Below, piece by piece: positions 20,978-31,604 of a stretch of DNA of 64,000 nucleotides. Position numbers and translations under genes: made by a program. The stretch is from the IMG/VR virus record IMGVR_UViG_3300021400_000025, positions 22,479 to 86,478 of that record; one strand, 5' to 3'. The notes beneath the pieces are model-generated. The model was given only the letters and a program-made list of their open reading frames with translations, made no database searches and was not told the origin of the DNA. How positions within the stretch are numbered: position 1 is the first letter of the stretch; every line of letters starts with the position of its first letter. This DNA comes from a virus. Taxonomy: Duplodnaviria; Heunggongvirae; Uroviricota; Caudoviricetes.

Positions 20978-22474
20978 ATGGGAATATATGAAAAATTGAA
21001 CATCATAAGGTCTGCAAAGACTGACATTTGCCAAGCCATCTTGGACAAGAATCCTTCTGTCCAGCCAACTGACGACATCAGACAATGGCCAACGGCCATT
21101 GCTTCCATATCAGGAGGTTCTTCACCTTCAGCGTCTCAGAACGATGTTGTGTTCATTGACTGTGATGGAAACATTCTCCACTCGTATTCTGCCGAGGAAG
21201 TGGCAAGCATGACAGAACTTCCATCTCTGCCCATACGGGAAGGATTGACATGCCAAGGATGGAACAGAACACTACAGGAATTGAAATCCTATGTCGCTAC
21301 CTATGGACAGTGCGATGTGGGTCCGACATATATTACTGACGATGACCTTACGAAAATAACCATCACAATTCCAGACGCAAAGTACACAAGTGTAAGCATA
21401 TTGTTTTCCCAAACTACAGCAAATGGAGTTCGAGTCAGATTTGGTGACGAAACCGGAACAGAATGGCAGACCACTTCCGGTACGGGGTAGAAGACATTCT
21501 CACATACATACGCACCTTCTCAATATCCGGCGACATATGTCATAACACTTCAGGTAGCAGATGGAACCATGACGCTTTCTGGGAACCTGTTTGCGCATAG
21601 TGGCACCCACAACGCAACCAACCCTCTTGGCGCGTGGAACAGTATGGTGAAAAAAGTCAACATAGGAAACAAGGTCACAAGCATTGGGCAGTATGCCTTT
21701 CAGAACTTCTATTCCCTGGAGGAACTGACGATTCCAAACAGTGTGACAAGCATCGGAAACACAGTGCTTCAGAACTGCTATTCCATCAAGTCTGTGGCAA
21801 TCCCAAGTGGGGTCACAAGCATGGGGAACTATGTATTCTCGTGCTGCTCGTCTCTTTCCAGTGTCCAATTTCCCCAAAGTGTGACAAGCGTTGGAACGAA
21901 CTTCCTGGAATATTGCAGTTCACTGAAAAGGGTTTCCTTGCCAGAAACCATCACATCTCTCGGAACCAACGTCTTCTATACGTGTTATTCGTTGAAGAAG
22001 GTTATCGTGCCAAATGGTGTCACAAGCATGGGAGCAAGCCTATTCTACCAGTGCAGAAGCTTGGAAGAGGTGATATTGCCCAGCAATCTGACCACAATAG
22101 GCAACACGATGTTCTCCTACTGCCAAACTCTTCAAAAGGCATATCTTCCAGATTCACTGACCACGATTGGTTCTTCAATGTTCAACTCTTGCTACTCGTT
22201 GAAGGAGATTCGTATGCCACAAGGAGTTTAGACTATAGGAGAACACGCATTCGTCAATTGCTATGGACTCAAGACATTGGACTTCAGGAGAAGCACATCA
22301 GTTCCAACGCTTGTCAATGTAAACGCATTCCAGAACACCTCAACGGCGAAGGAGATTGTCGTGCCTGACGACCTATATGACGATTGGATAGCAGCGACGA
22401 ACTGGAATTCGACATCGTATTAGATAAGCACAAGCATCGTAAAGGCGTCTGAATCGTCGCTTGGACCACTATAA
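20978..22474 (+). CDS. BspA-type leucine-rich-repeat (LRR_5) tail/adhesin protein (498 aa, TAGs at 21488, 22229, 22421)
   Basis: About nine xPxxVTSIGxxxFxxCxSL repeats; the last repeat (MPQGV*TIGEHAF) and the WIAATNW cap continue across TAGs. Confidence 0.85.
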
Positions 22475-22497
22475 TTGAACAATGGAGGATTTGACAA

Positions 22498-22935
22498 ATG
22501 GCAGTAATATATGAAGAACAAGAAGATGGAATAGTGAAAGCCTATTCCGACCAACACAAGAAGATATTTGGTGGATTTCCTGAAGCTGAATATGATGTGG
22601 TCTATGACCCGAAGGATGCACATAGAACCTATGTCGAGACAGACAAGTACATTTCGTCACAAGAATCCACTTCAACAACAAGAAGGTTCTCCAAATTGTC
22701 TCTTGAATCAGCATTATTCCAAATGGGGCTTCTTGACAAGGTGGATGCATTCATAGATGCGCAATTGGTTGAGAATGAGCATGGGCAGCAAGTTCCGTTG
22801 AGGAGATTCTACAATACTGCCAACGAGTTCAGAGAAGACCATCCATTGTTCGAGAAGTATCTTGGACTTTTGAAGCCTGTTGTCGGTCTGACGGATGCCC
22901 AAATAGAGCAACTTCTTGATTCTTGCCAAGCATGA
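22498..22935 (+). CDS. Tail-fibre-associated hypothetical protein
   Basis: Within tail operon; ..ANEFREDHPLF..LGLTDAQIEQL-type C-terminus; GGAGG RBS. Confidence 0.6.
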   Translation: MAVIYEEQEDGIVKAYSDQHKKIFGGFPEAEYDVVYDPKDAHRTYVETDKYISSQESTSTTRRFSKLSLESALFQMGLLDKVDAFIDAQLVENEHGQQVPLRRFYNTANEFREDHPLFEKYLGLLKPVVGLTDAQIEQLLDSCQA

Positions 22936-22956
22936 CTGGGGAGGGAGTGAATTGAA

Positions 22957-24186
22957 ATGAGCGTACAATCAGCGATAGACAACTTGAAGGGTAGAGTTTC
23001 TGATGCATACGACGCACTTGAAGCAAAGGGCGCGACGATGCCTTCAACCAAAAATACGGCAAACCTTCCAACTTCAATTGGAAGCATTGTTGAGTTGAAA
23101 GGAGAGACAAAAACCATCATCCCAACAACTTCACAACAAACAATCAATCCATCTTCTGGCAAGAATGGCATAACTCAAATAACCGTCAATCCAGTGACTT
23201 CAAGCATTGATGCGAATATAGTTGCATCAAACATCAAGAAGAATGTTTCAATATTGGGCGTCACAGGAACATATGAAGGATCTGGCGGAGGCGGAGGCGA
23301 GCTGCAGGGTTATACCGTGACAGTCAGTCAATATAATAGCGACTATCCAACTGCACTTACTTGTTTCAAGACTGATGGCACGTCATAGGTTGTTTATAGT
23401 GGCACAGTCAACGATGTGGTGTATGTTGGATTTGAGGTTGGTGGCAGTTCTGGAGATGGCGTGGGTGCATGGGAGTCAAGCAACGTTGCACACGATGTAG
23501 TACATGGTATAGCTGATTCGTACACGAGTAGTGGTTCTGGTACCACATATGTTCATCTAACATAGGATACGTCGTTTTTAATGAACGGTTTGTGCTTGTT
23601 AAAAGGGACGATGATTAATCTCCCAAATGGGAAATCCAAACCTATAGAAGAAATAGACTATGACGATGAACTTCTTTGTTGGGACTTCGACAACGGCAAG
23701 TACGAGAAAGCGAAGCCATTCTGGATAAAGAAAGCCCAGAAGAACACCTTCTATTGGATAAACAAGTTCAAGTCAGGGAAGATCATAAAGACCACTGGGA
23801 CGGTTGCTGGACATCGTTTCTTCGACATGGAGGAGAACAAGTTCCTCTACAACATAGAATGCAAAGGTCATCTTTGCTACACCATGAATGGACCAGACGT
23901 TCTTCTTGATTGCGAGTATGTGGAAGAGGATTGCGAGTTCTACAACATCTACACCAACTACCACATGAACCTCTTCGCAAATGGAATTCTCACTGGATTC
24001 AGATACAACAACCTCTATCCAATAAAGGACATGAAGTTCGTGAAGGGTGGAAGAGCCAAGAGAAGCAGAGAAGAGTTCAAGTCTATTCCTGACAGTTGGT
24101 TCTACGGCATGAGGTGTTCCGAGCAAACTGATTCTGCTGAAGAGATAACGTCATATGCTTTGTCAAGGGAAATCATAAAGAAATGA
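22957..24186 (+). CDS. Virion-associated protein with C-terminal Hint domain (409 aa, TAGs at 23386 and 23563)
   Basis: N-terminal ETKTIIPTTSQQTINPSSGKNGITQITVNPV..VSILGVTGT module; CLLKGTMINLPNG..PIEEI..TTGTVAGHRF..FYNI..LFANGILTG Hint blocks. Confidence 0.75.
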
Positions 24187-24587
24187 ACGAATGCGACATA
24201 TATCTGTTCTGCCTTTGGCGCAGGTCGATGGAGTTTTGGAGGCGAATGCTTGAAGAGTTGAAGGGAAGTTATGAGATTCGCCTTTAGATGAGGAGTTTCT
24301 TCCCGAGGTCAATCTCAACTTTGAGGAGATTCTACAATCAGGAGAAGCTCGTGGGAGGATATCAGAGGAAGCTTGATGATGTTGAAGGGGAGTTCTTGTT
24401 TTGCGTTTGCAAGGACGAGAACATGAACGATTTCAAGAAGTTGTTTGATATGAAGAGGAAACTGAGGTCTTTGAGTGGAATAAAGCGCGACTACAACTTC
24501 ATCCACTCAAGCAACACGCTTGAAGAATTTGTGAGACAACTAGAAATAGTGGAGAGAATGCCATGGCAGTAGGTGACATATACATAA
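24183..24587 (+). CDS. Possible NDP-kinase-like fold protein (134 aa, TAGs at 24285 and 24570)
   Basis: ATG overlaps upstream TGA; frame open only via TAG; YNFIHSSNTLEEFVRQLEI resembles NDK HxSD..RE motif. Confidence 0.4.
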
Positions 24588-25174
24588 AGTTGAAAAGCGA
24601 TAACAAGACAAGGAAGGAGATGTGTTGCTTGGCGACACATCTATTCAACTACATTGAGGAATACAGGATAAACGTTGATGCAGATGAACTTGTCATCCCC
24701 AAGGGTTTCTATCTTCTTCAGAGGGTGTATCCAAAGCCGGAGATACCTGAGGGGAAGATGAAGGGATACCATTTCAAGATTGAAGATGGTGTCATGAAGA
24801 GATATTATCTTGTGTGCTCCGGCGTGGACGACATGCAACTTCTCACTGTCGAGGACTACGAGGAAGCTGTTCAAGAATATCTCGATTCTACGGTTCAGCA
24901 GAAGGGCTACGACAATGTCTACACTTGCCTTTCCTACAAGGGAGATCCTGACCCCATATTCTCAGCAGAGGCCGATGCAGTTCTTGCTTGGAGAAGCCAA
25001 GTTTGGAGGACAGCACAGGGCGTATTGAACCAATGGCAGCAAGGTCAGATTGAGCAACCTACCATCCCCCAGGTCATATCCCAATTGCCGACATTGACCT
25101 GGCCAGATGTTGCATCATCAAGCAGGAAGGTCAAGACCAGAAAAAGGTCATCTTCCAAAAGTCACGCTGTCTGA
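24563..25174 (+). CDS. Tail-fibre-associated/assembly protein
   Basis: VQEYLDSTVQQKGYD..AEADAVLAWRSQVW..PTIPQVISQLP pattern common beside phage fibre genes. Confidence 0.6.
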   Translation: MAVGDIYIKLKSDNKTRKEMCCLATHLFNYIEEYRINVDADELVIPKGFYLLQRVYPKPEIPEGKMKGYHFKIEDGVMKRYYLVCSGVDDMQLLTVEDYEEAVQEYLDSTVQQKGYDNVYTCLSYKGDPDPIFSAEADAVLAWRSQVWRTAQGVLNQWQQGQIEQPTIPQVISQLPTLTWPDVASSSRKVKTRKRSSSKSHAV

Positions 25175-25230
25175 CGCAGTGCTTCCCAACAACCTTGTAT
25201 TTGACACCAGTTGTGGTAAATAGTCATATT

Positions 25231-25512
25231 ATGGCTACGATACCAAAGAATCCATATAACAAGATGAAGAACACCTCAGTTCAGATGGATAATTTCATCT
25301 TCACCGAACTGAAGTCCAACAGAAAGTCCTTCTACGTCTATTGTGGGAAGTCCAAGAAACGCATATACCAAGGCAATTGCTCCAAGGAGATAAAGAACAT
25401 CTACTTCGACGGGACTTGCGTGGTGTGCATTTGCGACAACAAGACGTACATATTCGGGCCGCAGGACATGAGGTATCCATTGAAGAATTGGCGGCAGATA
25501 AGGGAGTTTTGA
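25231..25512 (+). CDS. Small basic Cys-containing protein (stand-alone domain copy)
   Basis: GTAAATA at 25216-25222; paralogous to the C-terminal domain of 25515..26396. Confidence 0.7.
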   Translation: MATIPKNPYNKMKNTSVQMDNFIFTELKSNRKSFYVYCGKSKKRIYQGNCSKEIKNIYFDGTCVVCICDNKTYIFGPQDMRYPLKNWRQIREF

Positions 25513-25514
25513 TT

Positions 25515-26396
25515 ATGAAACGCACTATGAAGATAAATGAGAGCTGGGATCCAGACTATGACGATCAGCCATGCAACCAATTTGGGGAGAAGTGGCAAAT
25601 CGTCAAGGACACCTATTTGGATCAGGTGATTAAGGACATAATGGAAGACATCCAGATAGACCCCTACCATGATGGTCCGAAGATGGAGCGGCTTGCGCTT
25701 GGAAATCTTCACTTGTGCGAAGATGGGCATCTTATTGCCACAATCTACGGTGGCGCGAATGGTGGAGGGTTTCGTGGGATTGAGAGCAACTGGCCGTTCT
25801 ACATGTCCCTTGTCCGAAAGTTCCTGGGGAAATTGCTTGACTATGACAATAGGCAGTTCTTCAAGGATGTGTGGATGATTGACTGGAGCAACGATTGCTG
25901 CGATGATTGCTGGACATTGGTTCTCGGGCTTGAACTGACGGACAAAGAGAAACTTCAGATGATTGAATGTGATTTCCCAGTTCTGAATCCAGAAAAACTC
26001 CACATCAGTCTGGACGCTGCGGCAGACTTGTTCACCCCAATGCCGGTTGCCCAGAACGTACAGGCTTCAATTCCGCAGGCGAATGAACCATGCAACGAGG
26101 CTTCGTAGAAGAAGAACAACATTCCAAAGAACCCATACAACAGCCTCAAGAACTCAAAGACCTCCCAAGTGGACAACTTCGTGTTCGCGGAAATCCAATC
26201 CAACAGAAGGTCGTTCAACGTCTACTGTGGGAAGAACAGAAAGCGCATATATCAAGGTTCTTGTGGGAAGGACATACAGAGCATCTACTTCGATGGGACA
26301 TGCGTTGTTGCCATGTGCCAGAACAAGACATACATATTCGGCCCAAACGACATGAGATATCCATTGAAGAACTGGCGCAAGATCCGTGAATTTTGA
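25515..26396 (+). CDS. Two-domain protein (293 aa, TAG at 26106-26108) with C-terminal copy of the upstream domain
   Basis: EPCNEAS*KKNNIPKNPYN in frame; IPKNPYN..YPLKNWR(K/Q)IREF shared with 25231 gene. Confidence 0.75.
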
Positions 26397-26422
26397 CAGA
26401 CTTCATGTGTATAATTCCATAT

Positions 26423-27406
26423 ATGGAAGAATGGATTAAACAGCGAAGCGATGAGGAATGGAAGTGGGTTGTTGGCGAGATATTCAAGAAGCCTGACTTC
26501 GATGATGTTGCCAAGGAGATGAAGGGGCTGCACGATGGAACCAAGAACAGGTTCACGAAGGTCGCCATGTCAAAGACCTCCCAATACTACTTCTTCGAGG
26601 AGCGGACAAAGGTCAAGATTGGGAAGTTCCCATTCCACCAGATAGTTGAAAACAAGCAGGCATATGAAGATGTCGCCGAATTGGCGCACAGATACTTCAA
26701 CAAGAATCCTGTCGGCTACACTTTCGACAACTGGCTCAAAAGATATGTGCGGGATGTTGGAAGGTTGTTCAAGACCTATGGCATCCCCTCGCAGTTCCCA
26801 TTCTCCGAGGCGTTCAGCCTATATCAGCAGCACAATGTGAATGGGAAGGTCTTCGACTATTGCTGTGGCTGGGGGAACAGACTTCTCGCGGCGATGTGCA
26901 ACGACCTTGACTACACGGGCGTTGACACGAACCCAGCCCTTGTGGAGAAATTGAGGGAAATGGCAGTCGACTTCAACGCAGTGAACAACCTGGATTTGAA
27001 TGTTGACGTCCGTTGCCAAGGGAGCGAAGAACACAATCCAGAATGGGACAACAAGTTCGGTCTGTGCTTCTCAAGCCCACCATATTTCGATCTTGAACTC
27101 TACAATGGGGAGAACACCTCAACCACGAAGTTCCCAGAGTACACACAGTGGCTTGAAGGGTACTTGAAGCCAACGATATTGAATTGCCGCGACTATCTCA
27201 TCCAAGGTGGGCGTTTCATCATGTCAATCAAGAACATGGGAAGCAGGAAGATGTACGATGAGGCGATGAAGATGTGCCTGGATTCAGGAATGCAGCTTCT
27301 TGACGAACAAAGTCTCTCTGTCACAAGAAGGACCGGGACAAAGAGTCAGCAGGAAAAAGGTCTGCAAGCCAGCAACGAGAAGATGCTTGTCTTCCAGAAG
27401 ATCTGA
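26423..27406 (+). CDS. DNA amino-methyltransferase (probably N4-C or N6-A)
   Basis: FDYCCGWGNRL SAM-binding motif followed by FSSPPYF catalytic motif. Confidence 0.8.
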   Translation: MEEWIKQRSDEEWKWVVGEIFKKPDFDDVAKEMKGLHDGTKNRFTKVAMSKTSQYYFFEERTKVKIGKFPFHQIVENKQAYEDVAELAHRYFNKNPVGYTFDNWLKRYVRDVGRLFKTYGIPSQFPFSEAFSLYQQHNVNGKVFDYCCGWGNRLLAAMCNDLDYTGVDTNPALVEKLREMAVDFNAVNNLDLNVDVRCQGSEEHNPEWDNKFGLCFSSPPYFDLELYNGENTSTTKFPEYTQWLEGYLKPTILNCRDYLIQGGRFIMSIKNMGSRKMYDEAMKMCLDSGMQLLDEQSLSVTRRTGTKSQQEKGLQASNEKMLVFQKI

Positions 27407-27409
27407 CAG

Positions 27410-27438
27410 TTTACCAGAGCCAAGTCTTGTTGTATAAT
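27410..27438 (+). promoter_or_regulatory. Sigma70-type promoter for DNA polymerase
   Basis: TTTACC-N17-TATAAT. Confidence 0.6.
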
Positions 27439-27455
27439 TCAATGGGTAATTGGAT

Positions 27456-30329
27456 ATGGTGAAGATTGACTACACAGTTGAAACATTTGACGTACAGAAG
27501 ATACGCGACATAATTGAGCCAAACGATGGCTATTGCTGGGTCTACTATGATCCCCTGGGGATGAACCCAAAGCTTGACGAGAATGGCAAGATATTCTTCA
27601 AGTGCTATGAACGGAACACGCACAACCCAATCGTGGTTGAGGTGAAGAACTTCCCATCAACCCTCTGGCACAGGATTGACAAGTCTGACGAAATGGCGAA
27701 GACTGGCATGGTGGACGCATATGGCTTTCCAATCAAGCAGGAGGTTTTCGATAATGGGGCGCAGAGAAGGAAATGGGTCACTGCTTGGAAGAAACGCCCA
27801 GACTATTGTGAGAAGCAGATTGTCCAGAACCAGGATCCATGCGACGAGTTCATGCAGCAGATCTTCTGGCAGGAGGCTCAGGAGGAGACATTCAACAAGG
27901 GATTCCAGCGCGTGTTCTTCATCGACATCGAGACCGAGGTTTCGGCAACATCGCTCATGCCACACAAGGCGGTCGACAAGATTCTGATGATTACTGTTCT
28001 GGACTCAAAGGACTGGAAGTTCCACACATGGTCGTTGAAGCCATGCAAGAAACTGGATTCAGACCACATCTTGTACGACAACTTCAATGGCAACGAAGCC
28101 GAGATGCTCAAGCATTTCCTCTGTTTCTGGGCAACCAACTATCCTGACGTTGTGTGTGGATGGAACAGCAGATGGTACGATATGCCATACATAGTCAGGC
28201 GCATTGAGAACGTGCTTGGCAAGGCTAAAGCCAGATTCCTCTCGCCACTTGAAGACTACAGGATTGTGCATGAGAAGTCAGATAAGAAGGACGAAAACGG
28301 CAAGCGGATTGAGAAGGAGGAGATAGAATGGGTGAACATAGCCGGGATGTTCCAGGCTGACGATTTGGTTCTGTACTCAAAGAAGTTCAAGGTGAAGGAG
28401 GCGTTGGATGGTGGATATGGCTTGTCAAACGTTGGAATGGCAGAGGGTCTTGGCTCAAAGGTTGCGTATGAGACAACGCTCAAGGACTTGTATCTCACTG
28501 ATTGGCAGAAGTTCTACGAGTACAACGTCCGAGATGTTGACCTGCTTGCCGCCATTGAGAAGAAGTGCAAGTTGATTCCATTGGCGCGGACGGTTTCTGG
28601 CTTTGGATTGACGAACTACGACTTCATCTACCAGTCGGCACCATATCTCGTTCCAACAATCACCATCTTCTGCAAGAAGCATCGGGAGAACATGATATTC
28701 AACTCCTATGCCAACAACTTCCGCGAGAAGGTGAAGTTCGAGGGCGCATGGGTGATCCCCCCAGTTGTTGGACGATACATGTATGGAACTGCTACTGTGG
28801 ACTTCAACTCCTTGTATCCATCCTGCATGCGCATGATGAACCTCTCCATTGAGACATATGTTGGACGCATTGACGATGGGTATTCTGGCGAAGGTGGACT
28901 TGACAACGATTGGATGACAAGGGGTGGCATAGACGGCTATCCTGACGATTATGTGTTCAAGCTGATAATTGACCGAGTTGACATGCAGCGCGAGGTTGTG
29001 AAGGAGATTGACGCGAAGACCTTGAGTCATCTTCTTGACACCAAACTCATCATCTGCCCAACGAATATGACATTGTTCCTGAAGCACGAAGTCAAGAGGG
29101 GCGTGATTGCAGACTGGGCAGAGGTGTTCTTCAACCGAAGGAAAGCCACAAAGGGAGAGATGTTCAAGTGCGACTTGGCGTCGTCCAAGTGTCAGGATTT
29201 GGTGGAGAAGGAGAATCTTCTTACCAGAGTGGAGAACCTCAAGAACCTCCAACAAGCCTTAAAGATTTGCTTAAATTCAATCTATGGGGCCTTGTCGACG
29301 ACAGGATGTCCATTTCTCCATTCCATAGGGCTTGCGCAGTCAGTGACAAGGGCAGGAAGGTTCTGCAACTACAATGGACGTCTGTTCTACCAGAAGTGGC
29401 TCAAGGAGAACTACAATGTTGACGATGACTATGTGATTACAGCCTCGGGCGACACAGACTCGTACTTCATGAACCTTGAGGCGGTGACAAAGGACTTCAT
29501 CAAGAAGAATGGCTGGGACAAGAACATCAACAACTGGACCGACGAGCAGAAGTTGACCCTCTGGAACCACATGCAGAAGTTCACAGACGAATACCTTGTT
29601 CCACATGTTCAGGAACTCGTAACGAAGGAATTCCACACATCAAATGCAGCCCCAATGAAGTATGGATTGGAGTACATGACAAGTGGTGGAATTTTCGAGT
29701 CGCCGAAACACTACATCGTACACAAAATCGTGGACGAGGGTCCGAAGATTGTTGACAAGTTCAAATATACTGGAATCGAGTTGAAGAAGGCTGTCGTGCC
29801 ACCTGAAATCAAGAAGTTCATGAAGGACATCTATTTCACGGCAGTCCTTGACCCCAACTTCAATCTTGAAGCCGCAAGGAAGAAGATGGACGAGGTGTAT
29901 CAGGAGCTGTTGAAGATGTCCCCGAACCAGCTCGCCAAATGGCAGGGATATGGAACCGAGTCCCAGATGGATGGATTCTTGGTTGAGGCAAAGGGGGCAA
30001 CAGGCATTGGCAAGTGCGCGAACTACTACAACCAGATTGTGAAGAAGTTGAAGTTGGACAAAAAGTACGCGCTGATCAACGTGAAGGACAAGGTTCAGAC
30101 AATCTACATCAAGCCCTCAAACAAGTATGGAATCTCGCAGATTGGATTCCCACCAAAGCAGTGGCCGAAGGAGTTTGACGACATATTCGAGATTGACTAC
30201 CCGAAGATGATGGAGAAGGTTGTCATATCCCCATTGAAGGGAATGCTCAAGGCGTTGAACATGGACAGCCTAATCAAGTACAATCCGTCAACAGTTGCCA
30301 ATCTTGAATACTCAATTGATGACATTTGA
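27456..30329 (+). CDS. gp43: Family B DNA polymerase, gp43-like
   Basis: FIDIETE, CGWNSRWYD, YNVRD exonuclease motifs; DFNSLYPS, KICLNSIYG, SGDTDS polymerase motifs. Confidence 0.96.
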   Translation: MVKIDYTVETFDVQKIRDIIEPNDGYCWVYYDPLGMNPKLDENGKIFFKCYERNTHNPIVVEVKNFPSTLWHRIDKSDEMAKTGMVDAYGFPIKQEVFDNGAQRRKWVTAWKKRPDYCEKQIVQNQDPCDEFMQQIFWQEAQEETFNKGFQRVFFIDIETEVSATSLMPHKAVDKILMITVLDSKDWKFHTWSLKPCKKLDSDHILYDNFNGNEAEMLKHFLCFWATNYPDVVCGWNSRWYDMPYIVRRIENVLGKAKARFLSPLEDYRIVHEKSDKKDENGKRIEKEEIEWVNIAGMFQADDLVLYSKKFKVKEALDGGYGLSNVGMAEGLGSKVAYETTLKDLYLTDWQKFYEYNVRDVDLLAAIEKKCKLIPLARTVSGFGLTNYDFIYQSAPYLVPTITIFCKKHRENMIFNSYANNFREKVKFEGAWVIPPVVGRYMYGTATVDFNSLYPSCMRMMNLSIETYVGRIDDGYSGEGGLDNDWMTRGGIDGYPDDYVFKLIIDRVDMQREVVKEIDAKTLSHLLDTKLIICPTNMTLFLKHEVKRGVIADWAEVFFNRRKATKGEMFKCDLASSKCQDLVEKENLLTRVENLKNLQQALKICLNSIYGALSTTGCPFLHSIGLAQSVTRAGRFCNYNGRLFYQKWLKENYNVDDDYVITASGDTDSYFMNLEAVTKDFIKKNGWDKNINNWTDEQKLTLWNHMQKFTDEYLVPHVQELVTKEFHTSNAAPMKYGLEYMTSGGIFESPKHYIVHKIVDEGPKIVDKFKYTGIELKKAVVPPEIKKFMKDIYFTAVLDPNFNLEAARKKMDEVYQELLKMSPNQLAKWQGYGTESQMDGFLVEAKGATGIGKCANYYNQIVKKLKLDKKYALINVKDKVQTIYIKPSNKYGISQIGFPPKQWPKEFDDIFEIDYPKMMEKVVISPLKGMLKALNMDSLIKYNPSTVANLEYSIDDI

Positions 30330-30380
30330 TGCCATTGTTGTAAATACTTCTATACAACCATTAAAGAGGTATATGGCAAC

Positions 30381-30632
30381 ATGAAATGGAATAGACTTTA
30401 CAGGGAATCGTTGGATGTTGACACGCGATTGAGAGATGCAATCAAGGCCGACCCAACTGGTGCGGCGTTGGCGATTTCGTCCTTGATGGATGGATTGGTT
30501 GCGGTGGGTGACGAGCGTAGAGCGCTGAACGCAATTGAATTTGTCTCTGACAGGAAATTCGCCCAGATTTTGCATGAAATGGAACGTGAAAAATGGGACA
30601 ACTGGGCTAATGGTTATGTTGATGAGGATTGA
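30381..30632 (+). CDS. Hypothetical late protein (MKWNRLYRES tag)
   Basis: GTAAATA at 30340-30346; GAGG RBS. Confidence 0.65.
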   Translation: MKWNRLYRESLDVDTRLRDAIKADPTGAALAISSLMDGLVAVGDERRALNAIEFVSDRKFAQILHEMEREKWDNWANGYVDED

Positions 30633-30635
30633 ACA

Positions 30636-31604
30636 ATGAAGAGAATTGTAAAAGAGAGCTACGAGGTTTCTCCTGAACTTGAAAAACGTCTGAACTCCAT
30701 CCTATCTGACGAGTTCTTGGCTGCTGAGGCGTATCGTCTGGCGATTGTCGCGATGAAGGGCAACAAGCAGCATAGGCTTGAGGAAATAGCTGAGAAGAAT
30801 GGGGAGGACGAACTTGAAGACCACTTCAAGAACCTCTATGAGTGGATGCAGTCAAAGGGAATCAAGGTTGTGACTGACCGGGACGAAATGGCTCAAATCA
30901 CGAACGGCTCGATTCTGAAGTTCAAGGATGGAATGTCCACGAAGGAGATTGTTGACCAGTTGATTCTTTCCGAGGAAGAAGCCATTGACATCTACGAAGA
31001 CACGATTCCACACACTGAGCTTGACTTGAATGTGATGCTTTCTGGCTTCTTGAAGGACGAGAGGGAGCATCTCAAGGAACTTGTGGATTGCCGCGACGAA
31101 ATGGGTGGAAAAGCCCCCATTGAGGACAAGGTAATTGATTTGGACGATGAACCAGACGAAGAAGAAAATGAAATGGAACAAATTAACGAGGATGCAAAAA
31201 TGATTCACAAGGATAAACCCTTCAAAGTAAGGAATATTGATTGGGATGCTGACCTCCCAACAGGACCAATAAAAGTGGAGTTTGGCGCACCACTGGAGTC
31301 CAGATCTGGTGACGAGAAATATAACATCACTTTGTGGCTTGAAGAAAAATATGAAGCAAAAGTTCTGGATTTTGACTTCAAGCGCGTTCGCAACTTTGAC
31401 GAATATTCTCCTGACTATGTGGTGAGCAACATAGAATGGGATGTCAATCTTCCAAAGTCAACAGTGGTTAATGTGCCTTATGATGTGGTCAAGGCTGGCT
31501 ACGATGAAGTTGAGGAATACATTTCCGACTATCTGTCTGACACATATGAGTTCACCCATTATGGGTTTGACTGCCCACAGCTTGATAGAATGTATAATTC
31601 ATGA
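30636..31604 (+). CDS. Ferritin-like four-helix-bundle protein fused to two tandem small domains
   Basis: DEFLAAEAY..EDELEDH..EEEAIDIY..DEREH diiron-type E/H pattern; duplicated VxNIxWDxxLP..LxxxY..FD domain. Confidence 0.75.
   Translation: MKRIVKESYEVSPELEKRLNSILSDEFLAAEAYRLAIVAMKGNKQHRLEEIAEKNGEDELEDHFKNLYEWMQSKGIKVVTDRDEMAQITNGSILKFKDGMSTKEIVDQLILSEEEAIDIYEDTIPHTELDLNVMLSGFLKDEREHLKELVDCRDEMGGKAPIEDKVIDLDDEPDEEENEMEQINEDAKMIHKDKPFKVRNIDWDADLPTGPIKVEFGAPLESRSGDEKYNITLWLEEKYEAKVLDFDFKRVRNFDEYSPDYVVSNIEWDVNLPKSTVVNVPYDVVKAGYDEVEEYISDYLSDTYEFTHYGFDCPQLDRMYNS

Noticed and set aside
23593-24010. Canonical intein
   Set aside because: No host extein to be rejoined, no terminal His-Asn followed by Cys/Ser/Thr, no endonuclease domain; treated as a non-intein Hint domain
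26393-26415. TTGACA..TATAAT promoter before the first MTase
   Set aside because: Spacing is 11 bp rather than ~17, so not listed as a sigma70 promoter
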